From Gemmata obscuriglobus (GTDB lineage Bacteria > Planctomycetota > Planctomycetia > Gemmatales > Gemmataceae): DNA of 32,000 nt. The notes below the pieces were generated by a model. That model saw only the letters and a list, made by a program, of their open reading frames with translations, searched no databases and was not told the DNA's origin. This document shows, one piece after another, positions 15,366 to 23,340 of this stretch. Location: contig NZ_CP042911.1 of NCBI RefSeq assembly GCF_008065095.1, forward strand, positions 1,890,001-1,922,000, written 5' to 3'. Made by a program: the position numbers and the translations under genes. Each line of letters opens with the position of its first letter. Positions within the stretch are counted from its first letter, which is position 1.

Positions 15366-15695
15366 TCAACCGGCCCCTCTCGTCACGTCGATGAACGCGT
15401 CGCAGTTGTAGTAGAAGAGGAATGCGCGGAGCAACTCGCCGGCCGTCGGCGTGCGCAACTGACGCCGCGCGTTCGCCGTGATCTGACCAACAGTTGAGAG
15501 CGGCAATACGTACCGGAAGCCGGTTCGGCGCTCGACGTTCTCCGGTTCCTCATCGCCGTCGTCGAGGTCGACGACCAGCGCCGGGGCCGAGAGCGCCCAG
15601 GGCCGATCGGCCGGCAAAAAGAGGTGAACGTCGCGGCCCGGACGTGTGGGGCTCGTCAGCACGTCTCCGAGCGTTAGCACGTTGCGTTCGCTCAC
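15366..15695 (-). CDS. small hypothetical protein (109 aa), immunity-like, translationally coupled to DUF1501
   Basis: A GTG at 15695-15693 overlaps the DUF1501 TGA (15694-15692), giving a GTGA overlap. It reads VSERNVLTLGDVL..DLDDGDEEPENVERRTGFRYVLPLSTVGQITANARRQL..ELLRAFLFYYNCDAFIDV. Only this tail of ORF-track frame 15366..16148 looks protein-like. Confidence 0.5.
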   Translation of the reverse strand: MSERNVLTLGDVLTSPTRPGRDVHLFLPADRPWALSAPALVVDLDDGDEEPENVERRTGFRYVLPLSTVGQITANARRQLRTPTAGELLRAFLFYYNCDAFIDVTRGAG

Positions 15696-17041
15696 GCGAG
15701 CACTTCGGGAATCGGCCGGCCCCACGGGCACAGCACGTAGGGCCGACCGAGCCGGTCCTGAAGCTCCAGGTCGGGCGGCACCCCGAGGCACTCGTACACG
15801 GTGGCGATCACGTCCGCCGGCGTCACCGGGTTGCGGCTCGGCTTCGCGCCGATCTTGTCGCTGGCGCCGTGGACGTAGCCGCCCTTGACCCCGCCGCCGG
15901 CCAGCACCAGTGAGTAACAGAAGTTCCAGTGATCGCGGCCGGCGCCGTTGGTGTTGATCTTCGGCGTCCGCCCGAAGTCGCCCACGACCACCACCAGCGT
16001 GCGTTCCAACATCCCGCGGGCGTCGAGGTCGTCGAGGAGCGTGGAGAACGCGGCGTCCAGTTGGGGCAGCAGTTCGCTCTTGAGTTTCACGAAGTTGTTG
16101 CCGTGCGTGTCCCAGGTGGCGTTCGCGTCCGGCGCCCACGACACGCACGCCACCCGGGTCCCGGCCTCGATCAGCCGCCGCGCCAGGAGGACGCTCTGGC
16201 CGTAAATGTTGCGCCCGTAGGAATCGCGCAACTTCGCCGGCTCGCGGTCCAGTCTCACGGCCTCGCGCATCGCCGGCGCGGTGAGCAGGTCGTACGCCTT
16301 CGCGCGGATGCCGTCGAGGTCGTCGGCCGTGCCCCCCTTGCGGGCCGCCGCGAGCCGGACCTCCAGGTCGCGCCGGGCGTCGAACCGGGATGGGTTGATG
16401 TCCGGCCCGAGCGTGAGTTCCGGAAGGGCGAAGTCGGCGGCGTTCGGGTCGCGCAGGATGACGAGCGGGTCGTGCGTCTTACCGAGCCACCCGCCGAAGA
16501 ACCCCGGCTGCGGCGGGCCGCCGGCGCCTTCCTTCGTGATGAACGGTAGCAGCACGTGCGGCGGGACCGCGTGCGCCGGCGGGCGCCGGACGCCGACCAC
16601 GGACCCGACGCACGGGTAATCGTCGGGCCGAGCGCCGCCGCCGATCTCGCCGCGGTCGTGCCCGGTGAGCGCGCAGTACACAGCGGCGGCGTGCGCGTTG
16701 TTCACGCTGTGGTGCGCGGACCGGATGACGGTGCAGCGGCGCATCTGCCGGGCGAACTTCGGCAGGTGCTCGCCGAACAGCACCCCGGGCACGCTGGTCG
16801 GAATGGGTTTGAACTCGCCGCGCACTTCCGCCGGCGCGTCTGGCTTCGGGTCCCACATGTCGAGGTGGCTCGGCCCGCCGTTCAGGAAGATGACGATGCA
16901 CGCGTCGGCGCGGGCGTCGTGCCCCTTTCGCGCTTCGTTGGCGCGGAGCAGTTGCGGGAGGTTCAACCCGAGGTACGAGGCGGCGCCGGCCTGGATCATC
17001 TGGCGGCGCGAGACGCGCGGCCCGGTGCAGAAGGGTGGCAT
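15692..17041 (-). CDS. DUF1501 domain protein (sulfatase-fold, Tat-exported)
   Basis: ATG at 17041 (MPPFCTGPRVSRRQMIQAGAASYLGL, a Tat-like RR signal); ATG at 17068 or 17110 are alternatives. The family hallmarks are IVIFLNGGPSHLDMWDPKP, WDTHGNNF and GDFGRTPKIN..GRDHW. Confidence 0.85.
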   Translation of the reverse strand: MPPFCTGPRVSRRQMIQAGAASYLGLNLPQLLRANEARKGHDARADACIVIFLNGGPSHLDMWDPKPDAPAEVRGEFKPIPTSVPGVLFGEHLPKFARQMRRCTVIRSAHHSVNNAHAAAVYCALTGHDRGEIGGGARPDDYPCVGSVVGVRRPPAHAVPPHVLLPFITKEGAGGPPQPGFFGGWLGKTHDPLVILRDPNAADFALPELTLGPDINPSRFDARRDLEVRLAAARKGGTADDLDGIRAKAYDLLTAPAMREAVRLDREPAKLRDSYGRNIYGQSVLLARRLIEAGTRVACVSWAPDANATWDTHGNNFVKLKSELLPQLDAAFSTLLDDLDARGMLERTLVVVVGDFGRTPKINTNGAGRDHWNFCYSLVLAGGGVKGGYVHGASDKIGAKPSRNPVTPADVIATVYECLGVPPDLELQDRLGRPYVLCPWGRPIPEVLA

Positions 17042-17186
17042 GGGGAGCCTGCGGTGGGAGGGAACCATCGGCGGGAGGCCCCGATTGTGCAGCACCACAC
17101 GGCGAAACACAAGCGCGTATTCCCGCCCCGCGCTGTCAAGCGGTTCCGAAGTGCCACACTCCGAGCGGGTGACGAGAGGAGCGACG

Positions 17187-17597
17187 TTACGACCAGAAGC
17201 GCCACCAGCGGCGCCGCGACAAGTTCATCCGGCTGCGAACGAAATCGAGCGTGAGAACGAACCCGCGAAAGAAGTCCAACCCGAGAAGCCCGTCCGTTTC
17301 GACCCCCACCGGGAAGTCGAGTGCCGCGACGGGGAAATCGGTGCGCAACCGGCCCAGTGCGCTGATTGCGGACACGCGAACCAGTGGGACGCGAGCGGTT
17401 CCGGTCGCGGTGGGCAACCGGGCGTGTCCGACCGGACACGAGAAGTCGCACCCGAGTTGCAGTAAGAACATGCGCGACAGTACGGTCAGTGCGGACCCGG
17501 TATCGAGTGTTAAGCGAAACTGTTGCGTCCGGTGCGGACCGGTGACCGTTGCCAGAAGGCTGAGCCGGTGAGCGTCGGGCGAAAACGGATGGCTCAT
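17187..17597 (-). CDS. retropepsin-like (clan AA) aspartic protease, single domain
   Basis: A 136-aa protein with the catalytic LDTGSALTVL (DTGS at 17493-17504) and the downstream GLLGLDFF motif typical of retropepsin-like folds. No signal peptide or TM segment. The tail is basic and aromatic (RRRWWRFWS). Confidence 0.75.
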   Translation of the reverse strand: MSHPFSPDAHRLSLLATVTGPHRTQQFRLTLDTGSALTVLSRMFLLQLGCDFSCPVGHARLPTATGTARVPLVRVSAISALGRLRTDFPVAALDFPVGVETDGLLGLDFFRGFVLTLDFVRSRMNLSRRRWWRFWS

Positions 17598-17599
17598 CG

Positions 17600-17863
17600 T
17601 CAGGCGGCCCCGGACTCAGGCTCGGCATCCGGTGGGAAGATTTCCACGCCCCGGATTTCGCCGGTCCACCACGAAGCCAAATGTTTGACCGCCGGATCGT
17701 CGCACTCGCCTACGAGCCGCATGTACTCGGCCCGATCCGGGCTATGCAGGATGATGTACCCTCCGGTCACTTCGTGGCGCGTGGACGTTGGGTTGGCGAG
17801 GAACACCCACTCGTCCGGGTACTTCGCCTTGATCTCGGTCATCGTCAGGTAAGGTCCGTACAT
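17600..17863 (-). CDS. small hypothetical protein, partner of the retropepsin-like protease (DUF5678-like?)
   Basis: An 87-aa ORF whose stop lies 2 nt before the protease start. The KYPDEWVFLANPT..GGYIILHSPDRAEY pattern resembles small antitoxin-like proteins; that resemblance is from memory and unverified. Confidence 0.6.
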   Translation of the reverse strand: MYGPYLTMTEIKAKYPDEWVFLANPTSTRHEVTGGYIILHSPDRAEYMRLVGECDDPAVKHLASWWTGEIRGVEIFPPDAEPESGAA

Positions 17864-17913
17864 GGGTTCACCTCCGCCTCAGTATCCCACACACGAACGG
17901 CGGTGCCAAGCCG

Positions 17914-18513
17914 CTACGCGATCTGCACCTCGGCCGGCTGAATGACGAACTCGTCGGCGCCCTCGGCCGGGGTGGCGAGCTTCATCTCCTTCACCTTCCA
18001 GCCCGGGTGCTGGATCGTGCCGTTAAAGGGCGGCTCGCCTGTCACGTTGCCCACCACCCGGATCGCCGACGGGTCGAACCCCTTCGGAACGGTCACCCGG
18101 TCGTCCTCGTTGCCCGGCAGGATCGGCTCCAGAACGAGGTGCTGCTTCAGCGCGGCCTGTGCCTTCTTGTGGACCTCGCGGACGGCCTGCCCGATCTGCT
18201 CGTCGGTCGCGCCCTGGATGTTCTCGAGCAAGAAGTCCACCAGCCGGGACTCCGCCTGAAGCAGCGCGAGCAGGCGGAGCGGCGCCCCGCTCGGCTTCGT
18301 GGGCTTGGGCGGCCCCGCGGGCTTCAGCTCCGTTCCCGTCCGCACGGCGTGGAGCTTGGCCGCGAACGCCGGGTCGTTCTTCGCCCGGTTCGCGACCCCC
18401 AGCGCGGTCGCGAGCGCCTCGAAGCCGCCGGCCCGCTGGTACCCGAACCACGAGGCGACGAAGAACCCGATCGGCGCACCCAGCATGAACCCGATCAAGA
18501 GCATGTTGTCCAT
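17914..18513 (-). CDS. DUF2760 domain protein
   Basis: N-terminal hydrophobic helix, followed by LRLLALLQAESRLVDFLLENIQGATDEQIGQAVREVH..GFDPSAIRVVGNVTGEPPFNGTIQHPGWKV..PAEVQI. This matches my recollection of the DUF2760 consensus. Confidence 0.7.
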   Translation of the reverse strand: MDNMLLIGFMLGAPIGFFVASWFGYQRAGGFEALATALGVANRAKNDPAFAAKLHAVRTGTELKPAGPPKPTKPSGAPLRLLALLQAESRLVDFLLENIQGATDEQIGQAVREVHKKAQAALKQHLVLEPILPGNEDDRVTVPKGFDPSAIRVVGNVTGEPPFNGTIQHPGWKVKEMKLATPAEGADEFVIQPAEVQIA

Positions 18514-18787
18514 GTGACCACTCCGGTGAACGCGAGACGGCAGAATGAAAGAGTATTCACCGCGACAGGCGCGGAAGGTCGAGAAAGCAAAGAGAAATGA
18601 GGTTCAAACCACTGGTTCCTTGCTCCCCGCGGGGCGCGCGACGCAATTAGCGCCTGGCGCGGGTGTTATACGAACAGGCACCCGCCGCGAACGGGATGCC
18701 CACGGGCGCGGCACTGGCGGATGGTACCGGTCGCCCTAAAATGTCCAGATGGGTCTGATGTGCGGCATGCACCGGGGACGATGAAGA

Positions 18788-19639
18788 ATGGGTACGCGCC
18801 GGGAGGTCCGAGGTCGGGTCGTGCTGATTACCGGGGCGTCGCGGGGCATCGGCCGCCGCGCCGCGGTGCGGCTCGCAAAACTCGGCGCAACACTCGCCCT
18901 TACTGCACGTTCGGCCAACGACCTGGCGGCCCTCGTCGAGGAACTGAACGCCGCCGGCGCGCGGGCCGCGGCGTTCCCCGGCGACGTGACCCGAGCCGAG
19001 GACCGGGAGCGGATCGTTCGGGACACGGTCGCAACCTTCGGCCGGCTGGACGTGCTCATTAACTGCGCGGGCGTGTGCAGCTTCGGGGAGTTCAGCACGT
19101 CGAGCGAGGAGATCGTTCGCAAGGTGCTGGAGGTGAACTTCTTCGCCCCGGTCGAAATGATCCGGGCGTGCGCGCCGCACCTGACGAGGAGCTTCGAGAC
19201 CGCGAGCGACGGCTGGCGCCCCGCCATTGTGAACGTGGCGAGCATCTGCGGGCGGTGGGGCATCCCGTCGATGTCCGAACACTGTGCAAGCAAGCACGCG
19301 TTCGTCGGTCTCACGGAGTCACTCCGCGGCGAGTTCGAGCGGTTCGGGATCGACGTTCTTCTGGTACTCCCGGGGCTGGTGCGGAGCGACGACCTCCAGC
19401 GCCACCTGCTGCGGAACGAGGGAAAGATCCACCTCGACTTCGAGGGCGCCCAGCCGTCGGACGAGGTCGCCGACGCGGTCGTAAGGAGCCTGCTGCGGAA
19501 CCGCACCGAAGCGGCGGTCGGGTTCGTGTCGTGGTGGGTGTGGTTCGGGAAGCGGATGTTCCCGCGCGGGGTGCGGTTCTTCATGCAGCGCAAGGTGTGG
19601 AAGTTCGCCCGGCGCGAGAACGCGGGCAGGAAGAGCTGA
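18788..19639 (+). CDS. short-chain dehydrogenase/reductase family protein with His at the catalytic Tyr position
   Basis: Motifs are the Rossmann TGASRGIG, NCAG and VNVAS. The active-site block then reads SEHCASK where classical SDRs have YxxxK. The C-terminus is hydrophobic (VSWWVWFGKRMF). Confidence 0.85.
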   Translation: MGTRREVRGRVVLITGASRGIGRRAAVRLAKLGATLALTARSANDLAALVEELNAAGARAAAFPGDVTRAEDRERIVRDTVATFGRLDVLINCAGVCSFGEFSTSSEEIVRKVLEVNFFAPVEMIRACAPHLTRSFETASDGWRPAIVNVASICGRWGIPSMSEHCASKHAFVGLTESLRGEFERFGIDVLLVLPGLVRSDDLQRHLLRNEGKIHLDFEGAQPSDEVADAVVRSLLRNRTEAAVGFVSWWVWFGKRMFPRGVRFFMQRKVWKFARRENAGRKS

Positions 19640-19647
19640 GGGCTTCT

Positions 19648-19746
19648 GGTCAAAAGTCCGATCGTCGAAAAGTTGTAAAGTCACAAACCAAGCGATAGTA
19701 ATGGTTTGTTACTTTACGACTTGCTGACCTGACGATTTTTTGACTC
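19648..19746. repeat. palindromic intergenic element, copy 1 (family shared with 22029-22150)
   Basis: The ends are gtcaaaagtc (19649-19658) and ttttgact (19738-19745). The central stem gtaaagt-c-acaaacca / tggtttgt-t-actttac (19675-19690 / 19702-19717) gives 15 bp with one mismatch and an 11-nt loop. The right arm ttacgacttgctgacctgacgattttttgact closely matches copy 2. Confidence 0.7.
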
Positions 19747-19816
19747 GAAGTCCTAAGTGACAGCCGGTGCCGCGAGCGAATCGCCAGAGCGTGCGTCAGC
19801 GCGACCAGAGGCGACA

Positions 19817-20032
19817 ATGACTAGCGACCGTTACGAGGCGATCCTGCACTGGAGTAAGGCGAACGACGCCTACATCGCCACGGTGCCGGAACTGCCCGGG
19901 TGCGCGGCCGACGGCGCGACCCGCCGGGAGGCACTCGCCGCTGTCGAGATCGTTATCGCCGAGTGGCTCGAAACGGCGAAAGAGCTGGGTCGGCCGATTC
20001 CCGAGCCGCGGGGCCGGTTAATGTTCGCGTAA
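19817..20032 (+). CDS. hicB: HicB-family antitoxin-like protein (UPF0150 fold), no HicA partner
   Basis: ATG at 19817 (MTSDRYEAILHWSKANDAYIATVPELPGCAADGATRREALAAVEIVIAEWLETAKELGRPIPEP), the classic HicB N-domain pattern. The GTG at 19757 in the ORF track adds a non-conserved-looking leader. Confidence 0.7.
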   Translation: MTSDRYEAILHWSKANDAYIATVPELPGCAADGATRREALAAVEIVIAEWLETAKELGRPIPEPRGRLMFA

Positions 20033-20065
20033 AGTGGCTGCTTCTGATCCGCTGAGGGTGGGTTG

Positions 20066-22051
20066 ATGTGTGGGATCGCGGGGATGTTCGACCTGAGTGG
20101 CCAGCGCCGCGCCCCCGCGGGCGTGGTGTCGGCGATGGCGAAGGCCATCTACCATCGCGGGCCGGACGAAGACGGCTACCTCGAACGCCCCGGGCTGCAC
20201 CTCGCCAACCGCCGTCTCTCGATCGTCGGCCTCGCCGACGGTCAGCAGCCCATCTCGAACGAAGACCGGAGCGTCTGGACCGTCTTCAACGGCGAGTTCT
20301 TCGACTACAAGGAGAAGCGCAAGACCCTTGAGGCCAAAGGGCACGTCTTCCGGACCCACACTGACACCGAACTGATCCCCCACACCTGGGAGGATCACGG
20401 CACCGAGTTCCTTCAGCACCTCAAGGGGCAGTTCGCGATCTGCGTCTGGGACAGCCGGACGAACGAGGTCGTGCTCGCACGCGACCGGGCCGGCATCTGC
20501 CCGCTGTTCTACACGACCGTGAAGCACGACGGCGCCGACTGGCTCCTCTTCGCTTCCGAGATGAAGGCGCTGCTGGCCTCCGGGCTGGTCGAGCGCAAGG
20601 CCGACCTGAACGGGTTGAACCACATCTTCACGTTCATGGCGATGCCCGGACCGACTACGGTCTTTCAGGGCATCCGGTGCCTCGTACCCGGCCGGTACCT
20701 GCACTTCAAGCTCGGGCAGACCACGCCGGAGCAGGCGACCGCGCAAAAGACCTACTGGCGGGTGGAGTACCCGGACTGCGGGCACGAGGACTACGGCGCC
20801 GATGAGAAGAAGGTCGTCGACGGGTTCGAGGAGGTGCTGTACGCCGCGGTCCAGCGCAGGGTGTGGGCCGACGTGCCCGTAGTGTCGTACCTGAGCGGCG
20901 GCGTGGACTCGAGCGTCGTCGTGGCGATGGCGAACAAGGCGATGGGGCGGCCCATCCCGACGTTCACCGTCTCGGTCAACGCGAAAGGGCTCGACGAGAA
21001 GTCCGAGGCGCTGGCGACGGCCAAGCACCTGGGCTGTTCGCCGGTAGTAGTCGACTGCGGGCACGACCAGCTCCGCGCCGGCTACCCGGAGCTGATCGCC
21101 GCCGCCGAGTTCCCGGTCATCGACACGTCCTGCCTGGCCCTCCTTCATTTAGCGAGAGCGGTGCATCGAAACGGGTACAAGGTCGCTCTAACTGGTGAGG
21201 GCGCCGACGAGTGGCTGGGCGGGTACTCGTGGTTCAAGATCCGCAAGCTGATCGGGTGGATGGACCGCATCCCGGGCGTACCGCTGGGGTTCGCGGTGCG
21301 GCAACTGTTCCAGCGGCTCAGCGGCGCGCCGCGGTTCCCGCGCGCCGCCTACCTGCACTCGCTGGACCGGCTCGGCGGGCCGAACGGGTGGGGCGACCTG
21401 TACGGGCTGATCAGCACCAACAAGCTGCGGTTCTTCACCGGCGACACCCGGGCCGCGCTGATCGGCCGGGCGGCGCTGGACGACCTCGAGATCCCCGCCG
21501 ACTTGCACCGGTGGCACCCGTTCAACCGGCAGATGTACTTCGGCGCGCGGGTGATGCTGCCCGGGCACCTGCTCGCGTCCAAGGGGGACCGGATCGCGAT
21601 GCACTCGTCGGTGGAGACGCGGTACGCGTTCCTCGACGAGGACGTGATCGCGTACATGGCGAAGCTGCACCCGCGGTGGAAGCTGCGCGGGCTGCTGCGG
21701 GACAAGTTCATCGAACGTAAGGTGGCCGAGCGGTGGCTGCCCAGGGATGTGGCGTGGCGCACGAAGAAGATGTTCCGCGCCCCGATGGACAGTTGGGCGG
21801 CGGTGCGCGGGGGCGGTGCCGGCGGGACGTGGATCGATCAGGTGCTGTCGCCGGATTCGCTCCGGAAGGCCGGTTACTTCGACGCCGAGGCGGTGGCCCA
21901 GGCGCGGCAGCGGCTCGCCCGGCCGGGCGGCGGGGTGGCCCGCACCGGGCTGGAAATGGGCCTCACCGGGGTGCTCGCCACGCAACTGTGGCACCACCTG
22001 TACCTCGACGGCTCGCTCTGCGATTTGGAGTCAAAAGTCGACCGGTCGTAA
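20066..22051 (+). CDS. asnB: asparagine synthase (glutamine-hydrolysing) family protein
   Basis: The start must be ATG at 20066 so that the mature N-terminus is Cys (MCGIAG, Ntn amidotransferase). The synthetase domain has the PP-loop SYLSGGVDSS. 661 aa. Confidence 0.9.
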   Translation: MCGIAGMFDLSGQRRAPAGVVSAMAKAIYHRGPDEDGYLERPGLHLANRRLSIVGLADGQQPISNEDRSVWTVFNGEFFDYKEKRKTLEAKGHVFRTHTDTELIPHTWEDHGTEFLQHLKGQFAICVWDSRTNEVVLARDRAGICPLFYTTVKHDGADWLLFASEMKALLASGLVERKADLNGLNHIFTFMAMPGPTTVFQGIRCLVPGRYLHFKLGQTTPEQATAQKTYWRVEYPDCGHEDYGADEKKVVDGFEEVLYAAVQRRVWADVPVVSYLSGGVDSSVVVAMANKAMGRPIPTFTVSVNAKGLDEKSEALATAKHLGCSPVVVDCGHDQLRAGYPELIAAAEFPVIDTSCLALLHLARAVHRNGYKVALTGEGADEWLGGYSWFKIRKLIGWMDRIPGVPLGFAVRQLFQRLSGAPRFPRAAYLHSLDRLGGPNGWGDLYGLISTNKLRFFTGDTRAALIGRAALDDLEIPADLHRWHPFNRQMYFGARVMLPGHLLASKGDRIAMHSSVETRYAFLDEDVIAYMAKLHPRWKLRGLLRDKFIERKVAERWLPRDVAWRTKKMFRAPMDSWAAVRGGGAGGTWIDQVLSPDSLRKAGYFDAEAVAQARQRLARPGGGVARTGLEMGLTGVLATQLWHHLYLDGSLCDLESKVDRS

Positions 22052-22150
22052 AGTCATGAGGTCCGACCGGGCCTCTGCGACCAGTCGGTGTTGCGACTGT
22101 CGGTTTTGCGGTTCTGGACGTTACGACTTCCGACCTGACGACTTTTGACT
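22029..22150. repeat. palindromic intergenic element, copy 2
   Basis: Perfect 12-bp terminal inverted repeat agtcaaaagtcg (22029-22040) / cgacttttgact (22139-22150). The left arm encodes the last codons of asnB. The right arm ends at the ATG of the permease gene. It shares gtcaaaagtc, taaagtc and ttacgactt..gacctgacga..ttttgact blocks with copy 1, in the same orientation. Confidence 0.7.
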
Positions 22151-23278
22151 ATGTCGTATGCCCTCCAAACTCTGTGGCACGAGCGCCAGCGGTACGCCTC
22201 GGGCGTGCTGGCGGTGACCTTCTCGGCGGTGCTCATCGCGCTCCAGTGCGGGCTCCTGCTCGGGCTGTTCAAGATCACCTCGATCCCGGTGGACAACACC
22301 ACCGCGGACCTGTGGGTCGGGTCGCGCGAGGTGTCGAGCGTGGACCTCGGCAAGCCGATCCCGGTGTCGTACGTCAGCCGGGTCGCGGGGACGCCGGGGG
22401 TGAAGTCGGTGGAGCTGTACATCGCGAACTTCGCGAACTTCAGCAAGCCGGGCGGCGGGACCGAACTGTGCTACCTGCTGGGCAGCCAGCTCGACGGCGA
22501 TTCGGCAGGGCTGCCGGCGATGCTCACCGCGGACCAGCGGAACGCGCTCACCATGCCGGGCGCGATCATCGTGGACGAGTCCGACATGACCAAACGGCTC
22601 GGACTCGACCAGGACGGCAAGCCGAAGATCAACGGGAAAGACGTCAAGGTGGTGGGGACGGTGCGCGGGCTGAAAAGCCTCGCGGCCCCGTGGGTGCTGT
22701 GCAGCGAGCACACCGCCCGCTACCTGCTGGGGTTCCTCATGCCCGGGGACCACGTCACCTACCTGCTGGCGAAGTGCGAGTCGCCGGAGCGGGCCTGGGC
22801 GATCGCGGCCGAGTTGCGGGCGCAGTACGGGTCCGACATGGGGGCGTACGCTGCCGAGGAGTTCTCCCAGCGGTCGCGGTTGTACTGGCTGACCCGCACT
22901 AAAGCGGGCGTCGCGATCGGGTACGCGGCCCTGCTCGGGCTGATCGTGGGGTCGGTCATCACCGCGCAGACCCTGTACTCCGCGACCGCGGCGAACGCCA
23001 AGGAGTTCGCCATCCTGCTCGCTCTCGGCGTGCCGCGGTGGCGGATCTCGCTGATGGTAATGGTCCAGTCGTTCTGGGTCGGGGTGGTCGGGGTCGCGCT
23101 GGCGTACCCGGTGTGCCTCGGGTTGCGGCTCGGCGCCCGGCAGATCGGGGCCGACGTGGACCTCCGCTGGGAGGTGCAGTTGGGCACGGTGGTGGTGACC
23201 GTCGGCATGGCGCTGGTGTCGGGCGTGTTCGCGCTGCGGAGCGTGCGCCAGATCGAGCCGATGTCGTTGCTGCGATAG
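22151..23278 (+). CDS. ABC exporter permease, FtsX/DevC-like
   Basis: ATG at 22151 (MSYALQTLWHERQRYASGVLAVTFSAVLIALQ). The layout is one N-terminal TM, a large extracytoplasmic loop and three C-terminal TMs (FtsX-type), 375 aa. The TTG at 22145 in the ORF track is less likely. Confidence 0.8.
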   Translation: MSYALQTLWHERQRYASGVLAVTFSAVLIALQCGLLLGLFKITSIPVDNTTADLWVGSREVSSVDLGKPIPVSYVSRVAGTPGVKSVELYIANFANFSKPGGGTELCYLLGSQLDGDSAGLPAMLTADQRNALTMPGAIIVDESDMTKRLGLDQDGKPKINGKDVKVVGTVRGLKSLAAPWVLCSEHTARYLLGFLMPGDHVTYLLAKCESPERAWAIAAELRAQYGSDMGAYAAEEFSQRSRLYWLTRTKAGVAIGYAALLGLIVGSVITAQTLYSATAANAKEFAILLALGVPRWRISLMVMVQSFWVGVVGVALAYPVCLGLRLGARQIGADVDLRWEVQLGTVVVTVGMALVSGVFALRSVRQIEPMSLLR

Positions 23279-23340
23279 TGTTTGGTGTCGAACACCACGA
23301 ACCGAACTCGAGTGCCGAGCATCCAAGGCAGGGAGCATTC

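Noticed and set aside
15692-17863. The retropepsin pair as the functional partner of DUF1501, replacing the usual PSCyt/DUF1553 partner
   Set aside because: An 89-nt gap separates the retropepsin stop from the preferred DUF1501 start. Composition differs. The two small proteins are cytoplasmic, whereas DUF1501 is Tat-exported. They are more likely an independently inserted module.
19640-19816. A hicA toxin gene upstream of hicB
   Set aside because: The space is only about 175 nt and is filled by the palindromic element. No open frame of HicA size (about 60-80 aa) exists on either strand.
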